A DNA stretch of 64,000 nt from Polyangia bacterium (GTDB taxonomy: Bacteria; Myxococcota_A; Polyangia; Palsa-1104; JAEUJZ01), in assembly GCA_044228505.1 (NCBI GenBank), contig JBGAUT010000004.1, forward strand, positions 3,177 through 67,176, written 5' to 3'. The notes beneath the pieces are model-generated. The model made no database searches and had not been told where the DNA came from. It saw only the letters and a program-made list of their open reading frames with translations. Shown here piece by piece: positions 1-7,963 of this stretch; positions within the stretch are counted from its first letter, which is position 1, and the number at the start of each line of letters is the position of its first letter. A program made the position numbers and the translations under genes.

Positions 1-58
1 CTTATTAAAGAATCATTTTAAAATCTTCTTATCTGTCAACCGTAGCTCCTTCGCTTCC

Positions 59-1669
59 CTACGAAGGCTCAACTTCGGCTTGGTTCAAGTCCTTGCGCAG
101 CGTCTTACCGGCTGGATTCCGTGGCACGCGATCGGTGAATAGCACGCTGCGCGGGACTTTGTAGTCGGGCAAGTTCTCACGACAGAGCTGGGTCAGTTCT
201 TCGGTGGTGACGACCGCATGAGGCCGTAGAACGACATGGGCAATCACCACCTGTCCCCGCAGTCGATCGGCTCGCCCAGATACCGCAACATCGGCAACCG
301 CAGGATGCCGCGACAGCACTGCTTCCACCTCGCTCGGATAGACGTTGTAGCCGCTGGTGATGATGAGGTCGTCCTTGCGATCGACGATGAAGTACAGTCC
401 CTCGGTATCGCGTCGGGCCAGGTCTCCCGTATAGAGCCAGCCGTTGCGGAGTACTTTGTCGGTCAGGGTCGGATTGCCAAAATAACCGCGCATCACGACC
501 TCTCCTCGGACCGCCAATTCACCCACTTCACCGTCGGAAACTTCGCGCTCGGGATCACTCGGGTCACACAGCTTGGCAGCCAACGCCGCAAGCGGTCTCC
601 CGATCGATCCGAGCGGGCCGCCTTGTGGGAAGGGTGAGCAGTGGGTCGCACCTGCCGCTTCGGAGAGTCCATACGCTTCATAAATCGGAAGGCCGGTGAG
701 CTCGCGGTATTTGCGCTGCACCCACTCCGGTAAGGAGGCCCCACCACTCGAGGCCACACGGATGCTGGCGAGCGATTCCTTCTTGACCAGTGGATGGGAC
801 ATCAGCGCCGCCCACAGCGTCGGCACCGCTGGGAAAGACAGGGGTCGTTCGGCTTCAATCAGGCGCAGGATCGGCATCAGATCGAGGGCATCGAAACGCG
901 GCACCAAAATCAGCCGGTACCCTTTGGAAATGGTGAGGTGCAGCCCGATCGTCATGCCGAAGACATGGAAGAACGGAATCACACACAGTACGCCGGCATT
1001 GGGAAGCTCTGCTGCGCTCATCCAGATCGCACTCTGCCTGACACTGGCCAGCAGGTTGCGATGAGTTAGCATCACGCCCTTGGGAGTCCCGGTCGAGCCG
1101 CTCGTAAACTGGATCACGGCCAGGTCATCCGCGACGGATGCGGGTCGCTCGGTGGGATTTTTTGGGGGTCGAAACAACTCTTCCAGATAGCGCGGGATCG
1201 GAGTTCGCTCTGGAACCGGCAGCTTCTTTTCCAGTCCCTGTACCGAAGAGATAAAGAGGTATTTTATAAGACTCTTATCTAGTACTTTGTACAGTCCTGG
1301 CAAAAACACATCGAGCGTAAACAGCGCCACCGCCTCCGTTTCACGCAGGATGTGCAGCAGTTCACTGCCTTGGCTTTGCGGACTGACGTTCACGACCACT
1401 GCGCCGATTCGCAGCAGCGCATAGCTTGTCATCACATACGCCGGAGTATTCGGCAGCATCAGCGCAACGCGATCGCCCTTGCGGATTCCCAGCTCCGCCA
1501 TTCCCTGCTCAAGACTCCGCACCCGATTGGCCAGCTCGGAGTAGGAGATCCGCGTCTCCCCGATGGTAATCGCGATCGCGTTCGGACTACGGACCGCACT
1601 CCGTTCTAGCAGATTCGGTACACAGTCATCATCCGCCGTCGCTGGAAATCCGATGCTTACGCTGCTCAT
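59..1669 (-). CDS. Long-chain fatty-acid--CoA ligase (AMP-binding, FadD-like). Start re-called at MSSVSIGF; the ORF track extends to 1906.
   Basis: AMP-binding P-loop motif FTSGSTGTPKGV, and LYTGDLARRD plus a C-terminal KVPR motif typical of acyl-CoA synthetases. The track N-terminus overlaps the upstream esterase gene, so an internal Met was chosen. Confidence 0.85.
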   Translation of the reverse strand: MSSVSIGFPATADDDCVPNLLERSAVRSPNAIAITIGETRISYSELANRVRSLEQGMAELGIRKGDRVALMLPNTPAYVMTSYALLRIGAVVVNVSPQSQGSELLHILRETEAVALFTLDVFLPGLYKVLDKSLIKYLFISSVQGLEKKLPVPERTPIPRYLEELFRPPKNPTERPASVADDLAVIQFTSGSTGTPKGVMLTHRNLLASVRQSAIWMSAAELPNAGVLCVIPFFHVFGMTIGLHLTISKGYRLILVPRFDALDLMPILRLIEAERPLSFPAVPTLWAALMSHPLVKKESLASIRVASSGGASLPEWVQRKYRELTGLPIYEAYGLSEAAGATHCSPFPQGGPLGSIGRPLAALAAKLCDPSDPEREVSDGEVGELAVRGEVVMRGYFGNPTLTDKVLRNGWLYTGDLARRDTEGLYFIVDRKDDLIITSGYNVYPSEVEAVLSRHPAVADVAVSGRADRLRGQVVIAHVVLRPHAVVTTEELTQLCRENLPDYKVPRSVLFTDRVPRNPAGKTLRKDLNQAEVEPS

Positions 1670-1692
1670 GAGGGGTGTCCTTCCGTACAAAC

Positions 1693-2724
1693 CTAGCGAG
1701 AGTGGCGGGCAAAGAAATCCAGCAGAGCCGTGGTCGCCGAAATGTCCTTGTTGCCATCGGAACCGGGCCAGCTGTGCTTGCCTTGATCGATCGTACAGAG
1801 CGTCACATCGGATCCTTCCGCACAAGTCTGCGAAGTGTTGCACGTCACCGAGCCCATCTTGTAGCTCTGCATTGGCATTCCGGTGCAGGAATCGCGACGA
1901 GCCCACTCTGCGATCACATCCGTCACTTTCGGGAACGTACCGCTGCCACCGCCTTCATAACCAACCACCGGATCGGCGTTGCCATGGAGATGGAAAATCG
2001 ACACCGGTCGATCGGGCTTGCAGGTCGGAAACATCAGCGTTCCCGACACCGGACCAACGGCCGAAAATACGCTGGAGAGCTCGCACGCAAGCCGGTGGGT
2101 GAACATTCCGCCGTTCGAAAATCCCATCGCGTAGATCCGCTTGTCATCAATGCACAGCTCACGCTTACTGAGATCGATCATGTCGCGCACAAAGCCGACG
2201 TCATCGATCTTAAAGAGCTGCGGCTCCCCACAGCAGTTGCCCGCATTCCAGCCCGCAAGGATTCCCAGTCCCTGCGGTGCAATGGCAATGATGTTGCGTT
2301 TGTCCGCCTCGCGCTCGAGATCGATTCCCTTTAGGAAATCCGGCGCTTTGTCAGACAGTCCGTGGAACGCAAACACCAGGGAAGTCGGCTTGCTCGGATC
2401 GTAGGCAGTGGGAATATGCAAAAGATAGGTTCTCTCTTTGCCTCCCGACATGATCTTTTTGGTCGTGGTGCCGGCCGTCATCACCGCTCTGCCGGTACAA
2501 CGCGGCGGTGGCGCTTGCAAATCCGGCATCGATAGATCGATCGGATCGGCCAAGTCCTCGACCACCGTGCTGCCATCGGACTCTGTATCGAGCACCGGCT
2601 TGTCCTGTCCTCCGGACAGACAGCCGGTAAGCGCCCCGGACATCCACACGGCTACACCGACGGAGACACCGAGCCCAAGAAACCAAGATCGCTTGTCACG
2701 CTTCACTACCAGGTTACGGTTCAT
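1693..2724 (-). CDS. Esterase, PHB-depolymerase/LpqC-like alpha/beta hydrolase lipoprotein
   Basis: Lipobox LTGC follows a hydrophobic signal (MNRNLVV...). GFSNGG nucleophile elbow, and HG.. and HGNADPVV motifs of esterase/PHB depolymerase family enzymes. Confidence 0.7.
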   Translation of the reverse strand: MNRNLVVKRDKRSWFLGLGVSVGVAVWMSGALTGCLSGGQDKPVLDTESDGSTVVEDLADPIDLSMPDLQAPPPRCTGRAVMTAGTTTKKIMSGGKERTYLLHIPTAYDPSKPTSLVFAFHGLSDKAPDFLKGIDLEREADKRNIIAIAPQGLGILAGWNAGNCCGEPQLFKIDDVGFVRDMIDLSKRELCIDDKRIYAMGFSNGGMFTHRLACELSSVFSAVGPVSGTLMFPTCKPDRPVSIFHLHGNADPVVGYEGGGSGTFPKVTDVIAEWARRDSCTGMPMQSYKMGSVTCNTSQTCAEGSDVTLCTIDQGKHSWPGSDGNKDISATTALLDFFARHSR

Positions 2725-2788
2725 GGCGGGATTATAGGAACGACTCCGCGCCGCAGTAGCGAAACTTTGTGGGGAATGACAAGAACTA

Positions 2789-3805
2789 CTATTCGCGACG
2801 GCGGCGCAGGATCTGCGAGCCGCCGCTCCACTGCAGCAGAAGCTGCCCCATCGGCAGAACCGTGCCGCGATAGGAATCGAGCCTACGTCCACCGTTTTCA
2901 CATGGGCTCGGCTCGCTCCGATAGTCTACTTCATTTAGGAAAAACTGGTCACCGGTACGACGACCCCGTAGCGAATAGCGAGTCACGGTACGCACCTGCG
3001 GAGTCCCGCTACACGGAAACACGCCACGCGCACGACTTCGCAGTACGATGCGATCGAAGTAGCCAGCGAGCTTGCCGTCCATATCGACCAAGTGCCACTC
3101 CTCCACCTCGCTGTGAAGGTCACCATCACCGTCGGTCAGAGCGGTCGACTGAAGCTGCCATTCCCAGACTCCGGTGAGCTTGCGATCCGCCTCCGAGACC
3201 ACATCCCGACCGCCCCCTTCGAGCGGTAACAGAGACGTCACAGGACTACTCCGCGCCCGATAGATAAGCTGCTGTTCCCCCCCCGGCCAGCGCAGCGTCA
3301 AGCGATCGCCTTGCAGGATTCCTTCATAGCTTTTGAGCGGTGGCTTCTCGTCGCTACATGGACTCTGTTCATGATCAGCAGAGGTCTCTGTAAGGCGCAC
3401 GCGATCACCTACCATTTCGCCCAAGACCCGGAACCGTGACGACAACAAGTAACCAAGCTGACCGTTACAGCGATACGGCTTCTGATCCATCGACAGCGTG
3501 GTGACTTGGCGAAGGTAGTTGCCGCTTAGCTTGCTACCACTCTGTTGTAGGTGCCACTCCTCTTGTTCGATGCGGAGATCCCCTTGCTGAGTGGTGCCGC
3601 GCAACAGCCAGTCCCACGTACCCGTAAGCTGCTGCAAAGCGGTCGCCGGGGGGCTTTCAGTGGGAAGGCTCGGAATCGCGGACGGGGGATTTGCGGTCAG
3701 ACTCTGTTCCGATTCCTGCGGTCGCACAGTGGGTCCGTGACATGCGACAAGCCCCAGGCACCAAGGGACGAGCAGGCTCCCAATCAGGTAGACAAGGCGC
3801 TTCAT
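2789..3805 (-). CDS. Hypothetical lipoprotein with two internally duplicated roughly 100-aa modules
   Basis: Signal plus lipobox LVAC at the N-terminus. Two paralogous segments (GTWDWLL...EEWHLQQSGSKLSG...PYRCNG versus GVWEWQL...EEWHLVDMDGKLAG...FPCSG). No known domain recognised. Confidence 0.5.
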   Translation of the reverse strand: MKRLVYLIGSLLVPWCLGLVACHGPTVRPQESEQSLTANPPSAIPSLPTESPPATALQQLTGTWDWLLRGTTQQGDLRIEQEEWHLQQSGSKLSGNYLRQVTTLSMDQKPYRCNGQLGYLLSSRFRVLGEMVGDRVRLTETSADHEQSPCSDEKPPLKSYEGILQGDRLTLRWPGGEQQLIYRARSSPVTSLLPLEGGGRDVVSEADRKLTGVWEWQLQSTALTDGDGDLHSEVEEWHLVDMDGKLAGYFDRIVLRSRARGVFPCSGTPQVRTVTRYSLRGRRTGDQFFLNEVDYRSEPSPCENGGRRLDSYRGTVLPMGQLLLQWSGGSQILRRRRE

Positions 3806-3817
3806 GGGCCACGGGCG

Positions 3818-4150
3818 CTACGGAAGAACCGCCGAAATCGTGCGACGAACCAAAGCGCGGGTCTCGGGCAAAAGTGGTTTTCCGAGCGCTCGCCGCGCCA
3901 GCTGAATCGCGACGATTCCGATCAGCGCATCGATACCGGACATCACCAACAGCGCCGAGCCGAGCCCAAGTCCGCGCTGCATCAGAATCCAAATGCCAAA
4001 ACCTTGCAAAAGCAGGATCAGCATGGACAGACAAACCAAACCGAGAAACAGCAGCAGGAGTCCCGCAAACAGACGTCCCTGCTCGCGACCCAACTCCTGG
4101 CGGGCGACCTCAGCGTGGACCGAAAACAGACCACTTACCAAGCGAATCAT
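3818..4150 (-). CDS. Small two-TM membrane protein resembling the Holin-X (phage_holin_3_6) family. Start re-called at MIRLVSG.
   Basis: About 111 aa with two hydrophobic helices, a charged amphipathic N-terminus and a basic C-terminus. Family assignment is by resemblance only. Confidence 0.4.
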   Translation of the reverse strand: MIRLVSGLFSVHAEVARQELGREQGRLFAGLLLLFLGLVCLSMLILLLQGFGIWILMQRGLGLGSALLVMSGIDALIGIVAIQLARRALGKPLLPETRALVRRTISAVLP

Positions 4151-4244
4151 CCGCGATCCGGAATTCCCAGCAGGTGGCACCGAACCATAGCCCACGTCAT
4201 CTCGCAGCTCGTCAAGGTGTGGGCCCTGCGCTGATTGGGACACA

Positions 4245-4733
4245 CTATTTTCCACGCTGAAAATTCCAGCCAGTGAAGAGCACACCGACGATAAATCCCA
4301 GTCCGATGCTCACCAGCAACGAAAACAGCAGGTTGTCTTTGACTTTGGCACGAGTCTCTTTCAGCACCCCGCCGCGCAGCTCACGCAGCAGGTGAGCCGT
4401 CCGTTCCTCTAGCTCTTGGAGTAGTTCGTCTGCTGAATCGGGCAGGGCATTGTGGATGCTCTGGTGGAGTCGCGACCCGCTACCGACCGCTCGATGACGT
4501 GGCGGTTCCATGCTGACCTGCCACAGCTCTTGCAGTTGCCGCCGCACCAGCGCCTTGGTATGAGCCGTGCGGTCGGCAATCAGCGTCACCACCTTGTCCA
4601 GCTCACCACCAGTGGCCGAGAGAGCGGCCGCTTCGATCTGTTCCCATTCGGCCAGAATCGCGGGCGAAAGCTTGGCAAACGATTCCTGAAAAGCCGACCG
4701 GTTCAGTTCACGAGTCGCAGTGTCTTCGGCCAT
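4245..4733 (-). CDS. Hypothetical tail-anchored protein (YqjD/ElaB DUF883-like)
   Basis: Soluble helical Glu/Leu/Arg-rich body with a single C-terminal TM helix (LLFSLLVSIGLGFIVGVLF). Confidence 0.4.
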   Translation of the reverse strand: MAEDTATRELNRSAFQESFAKLSPAILAEWEQIEAAALSATGGELDKVVTLIADRTAHTKALVRRQLQELWQVSMEPPRHRAVGSGSRLHQSIHNALPDSADELLQELEERTAHLLRELRGGVLKETRAKVKDNLLFSLLVSIGLGFIVGVLFTGWNFQRGK

Positions 4734-4839
4734 CTGTACTCCCCTTCTCCTCCATCATGACAGACCACAGGACGCAGAGAAGAAACCTCTTTTTTTGCGC
4801 TGCGTACACCGAGGCGAAGCTCGGGCTCACGTCCACCTG

Positions 4840-5805
4840 CTATTGCGGCTTGCTGCCGATCGGTCGCAGGGGAATGCAGCCGACACCAATCGCTTCAAGC
4901 TGGCTGCCTTCCGATTCGGCGACCACTCCCCCAACGGCCACTGCACGAGGCCTCTCCTTGCTTTTTTCGATGCGTGAAAACGAATGCTCGGGGCCCGGAA
5001 AGGCACCGCTGCGGACCTCGCCAATGTAGCTGTCGACGGCGGTACGAACGCGAACGGCAAAGTTTTCGTAGCGCTTGACGAAACGAGGCCGAAACTCCTC
5101 GTTCATTCCGAGTAGATCGTAAATCACCAACACCTGACCGTCGCAATCGGGACCAGCACCAATGCCGATGGTCGGAATCGACACGGCTTCGGTGATCTCG
5201 GTCCCCAGCTCTTGCGGAATGCCTTCAAGGACCAGCGAAAAACAGCCCGCCTCGGCCAGCGCAATGGCATCGCTCTTGATGCGCTGCCCCTGCAAATCGT
5301 CGCGACCTTGGACCTTGAACCCGCCCAGTGAGTGCAGCGACTGTGGAGTCAGTCCAACATGGCCCATCACGGGAATGCCGACGCGAACCAGCTTGCGGAC
5401 CAGCTCGCAGTATTCGGCCCCACCTTCGAGCTTCACCGCCTCGGCCTGGCCGTCTTTGATGAGCCGGCCCGCGTTGCGCATCGCCTCATCAAGGTCCGAC
5501 TGATAGGACATGAACGGCAGATCGCCGACCACCATCGCTCGACCGCTCGCCGCTTCGACCCCACGAGCGACGGCCTGGCAGTGATAGATCATGTGCTCCA
5601 TCGTCACAGGGAGCGTGTTTTTCTGCCCCTGAATGACCATGCCAAGCGAGTCACCGACGAGCAAAATATCGGTGCCAGCCTGATCGCACAGACGGGCAAA
5701 GCTGTAGTCGTAGGCGGTGAGCATAGCGATTCGCTCGCCTTGCTCCTTCATTTTGCGCAGCTCTAGGTGTGTGACCTTGCCGCGCCGAGCGCTGTGAACG
5801 GACAT
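4840..5805 (-). CDS. panB: 3-methyl-2-oxobutanoate hydroxymethyltransferase (ketopantoate hydroxymethyltransferase) with about 40-aa C-terminal extension
   Basis: IAMLTAYDYSFARL, LLVGDSLGMV and VKLEGG motifs characteristic of PanB. Start re-called at MSVHSARRGKV. Confidence 0.85.
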   Translation of the reverse strand: MSVHSARRGKVTHLELRKMKEQGERIAMLTAYDYSFARLCDQAGTDILLVGDSLGMVIQGQKNTLPVTMEHMIYHCQAVARGVEAASGRAMVVGDLPFMSYQSDLDEAMRNAGRLIKDGQAEAVKLEGGAEYCELVRKLVRVGIPVMGHVGLTPQSLHSLGGFKVQGRDDLQGQRIKSDAIALAEAGCFSLVLEGIPQELGTEITEAVSIPTIGIGAGPDCDGQVLVIYDLLGMNEEFRPRFVKRYENFAVRVRTAVDSYIGEVRSGAFPGPEHSFSRIEKSKERPRAVAVGGVVAESEGSQLEAIGVGCIPLRPIGSKPQ

Positions 5806-5965
5806 CGGACTGCCTCCTTGCCGTCTCGGTCCTGCCAGAGGATCCAAGCGGTGATATGGGCTTTGAGGTGTGACTGCCTCTTTCATCTTATCGATTCCAC
5901 AACCAGTGCGCTGAGAGCAAGGGGGAAGCCGCGAAAAATGCGCATACCTGTGCTACGAACGGCGC

Positions 5966-7573
5966 ATGTCGATATCCAAGTCGCGCAGTGAGCAAGCCGA
6001 GCCGTTCCGTATTGGTCTCGATGTGCTGGACTTCCAGTCCATGCGCGAGATCTGTCGCGAAGGACGGCGGGTTGTGCTGGCGGATGCGGCCAGGGAGCGC
6101 ATCGAAAACTCGCGTTCCGTCGTCGATCAGCTGATCAGGGGAGGCGATGCCGCGCCGAGTACGTATGGAATCAACACCGGCTTTGGCTTTTTGGCCGACG
6201 TGCGCATCTCGGCCCAGCAGATCGTCGAACTGCAATACAACTTGGTTCGCTCGCATGCGGCGGGGGTCGGTCCGCTTCTGCCCATCGCAGTGGTGCGTGG
6301 GATGCTCCTGCTTCGCGCCTGCACGCTGTCGCTAGGTCACAGTGGCGTGCGGTTGGCCGTTGCCGAGCGTCTGTGTGAGCTGCTAAATCGCCGCATTCAT
6401 CCGTGCGTGCCAAGCCGTGGTTCCGTCGGTGCTTCGGGAGACTTGGCACCGCTTGCACACCTTACTCTCGGGGTGATTGGCGAAGGAGAGGTACAGGTCG
6501 GCCTACCCGGTTGTGAACGGACGCAGACCTCGGCGCAAGCGCACGATGAGGCCGGGCTTACGCCGATCGTGCTGGCTGCCAAGGAAGGTCTGGCGCTCAT
6601 CAACGGCACGCAGTGCATGACCGCGATCGGGGCACTGGCCGTCGCTGATGCGCTCGATCTTTGCACGCTGGCCGATGTGGTCGGGGCGATGTCGCTCGAA
6701 GCGCTGCTCGGCACGCCACGCGCCTTCGATGCGCGAATCCATAACGCTCGGCCGCAACCGGGGCAGTCGGTGTCGGCGATGAATCTACGGGCGCTGCTTT
6801 CCGGCAGCCCAATCGTCGACTCGCATCGCAACTGCGGCAAGGTTCAAGATCCCTACTCCCTGCGCTGCATGCCACAGGTTCATGGAGCCTCTCGCGACGG
6901 GCTCGGTTATGCCAAACAGGTGCTGCTGCACGAGACCCAGAGCGCAACCGACAATCCGCTGATCTTTGTGGAACCGGGCGACCTGCCGGGCGATGAACTG
7001 CGCTACGACATCGTCAGCGGCGGCAACTTTCACGGTCAACCGGTGGCGCTGGCGCTCGACTTTGCCGGAATTGCCACCGCCGAGCTTGCCAATATCTCTG
7101 AGCGTCGCATCGAGCAGCTTGTGAACCCACACCTTTCGTCGGGATTGCCAGCATTTTTGATCCGCAACAGCGGGCTCAACTCGGGCTACATGATCGCGCA
7201 GGTGACGGCCGCAGCGCTGGTCTCGGAAAACAAGATCCTGGCGCACCCGGCTTCGGTGGACTCGATTCCATCTTCTGCCGGTCGCGAAGATCACGTCTCG
7301 ATGGGTGTGCATGCCGCTGACAAGCTTCAACGCATCGTCGACAATGTCCGTACCGTCCTGGCGATCGAGCTGTGCTGCGCGACGCAAGGAATCTCGCTGC
7401 GCGCCCCACTGATGCCATCTGCCGCACTGTCGGCGGTGCATCGCCTGGTGCGGTCGCGGGTTCCGGAGCTCATCCAAGATCGGCCGCTGTACCTAGAAAT
7501 CGAGGCCGTGCGCACACTGTGCGAAAGTGGTTCGGTCCTCGCTGCGGCCAAACAGCACGCCGTACTCTTCTAG
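5966..7573 (+). CDS. hutH: Histidine ammonia-lyase (MIO-dependent)
   Basis: YGINTGFG, SHAAG, GSVGASGDLAPLAH (MIO-forming ASG), KEGLALINGTQ, FDARIH, CGKVQDPYSLRC, SGGNFHGQPVA, MIAQVTAAAL and EDHVSMG. All are collinear with Pseudomonas HutH. Confidence 0.85.
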   Translation: MSISKSRSEQAEPFRIGLDVLDFQSMREICREGRRVVLADAARERIENSRSVVDQLIRGGDAAPSTYGINTGFGFLADVRISAQQIVELQYNLVRSHAAGVGPLLPIAVVRGMLLLRACTLSLGHSGVRLAVAERLCELLNRRIHPCVPSRGSVGASGDLAPLAHLTLGVIGEGEVQVGLPGCERTQTSAQAHDEAGLTPIVLAAKEGLALINGTQCMTAIGALAVADALDLCTLADVVGAMSLEALLGTPRAFDARIHNARPQPGQSVSAMNLRALLSGSPIVDSHRNCGKVQDPYSLRCMPQVHGASRDGLGYAKQVLLHETQSATDNPLIFVEPGDLPGDELRYDIVSGGNFHGQPVALALDFAGIATAELANISERRIEQLVNPHLSSGLPAFLIRNSGLNSGYMIAQVTAAALVSENKILAHPASVDSIPSSAGREDHVSMGVHAADKLQRIVDNVRTVLAIELCCATQGISLRAPLMPSAALSAVHRLVRSRVPELIQDRPLYLEIEAVRTLCESGSVLAAAKQHAVLF

Positions 7574-7627
7574 CGCCCAGCGACAGAAAATTTGAGATCC
7601 TTGCCGTCTGCCGCGAGGATCAAGCCA

Positions 7628-7963
7628 ATGTACGGTTCCCATGTCGCGGCCTCGGTTCGACGCTCTCGTCCGTCGTGGCTGATCACTATCTGGAGCTTGC
7701 GGATCGGGGCGGCGCTACTTCTCGCGGCGTTCGTCGGCTACGTGCCGTATCGGCTGTATGTTCGCACGGGGCTCCAGCAGCACATCTCTCTGCGACGAGA
7801 ATTGCGCACCCTTATGGAAAATAACGACAAAGTTCGTCGGGAAAACAGCGAGCTGCGACTGCAACTGCTGCGGGTCCAAGAAGACGACACCGAGCTGGAA
7901 CGGGTGGCGCGAGACGAGCTGGGACTCATCCACAGCGACGAACTTTTGTTCAAGGTGGAGTAA
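7628..7963 (+). CDS. ftsB: Septum formation initiator (FtsB/DivIC-like) cell-division protein
   Basis: Short N-terminal TM helix, a coiled coil (LRRELRTLMENNDKVRRENSELRLQLLRVQ) and a conserved ARDELGLI tail. Confidence 0.6.
   Translation: MYGSHVAASVRRSRPSWLITIWSLRIGAALLLAAFVGYVPYRLYVRTGLQQHISLRRELRTLMENNDKVRRENSELRLQLLRVQEDDTELERVARDELGLIHSDELLFKVE

Noticed and set aside
1669-1906. Track N-terminal extension of the acyl-CoA ligase ORF
   Set aside because: It overlaps the upstream esterase gene almost entirely and lacks ligase homology. The internal Met preceding conserved N-terminal ligase sequence was chosen.
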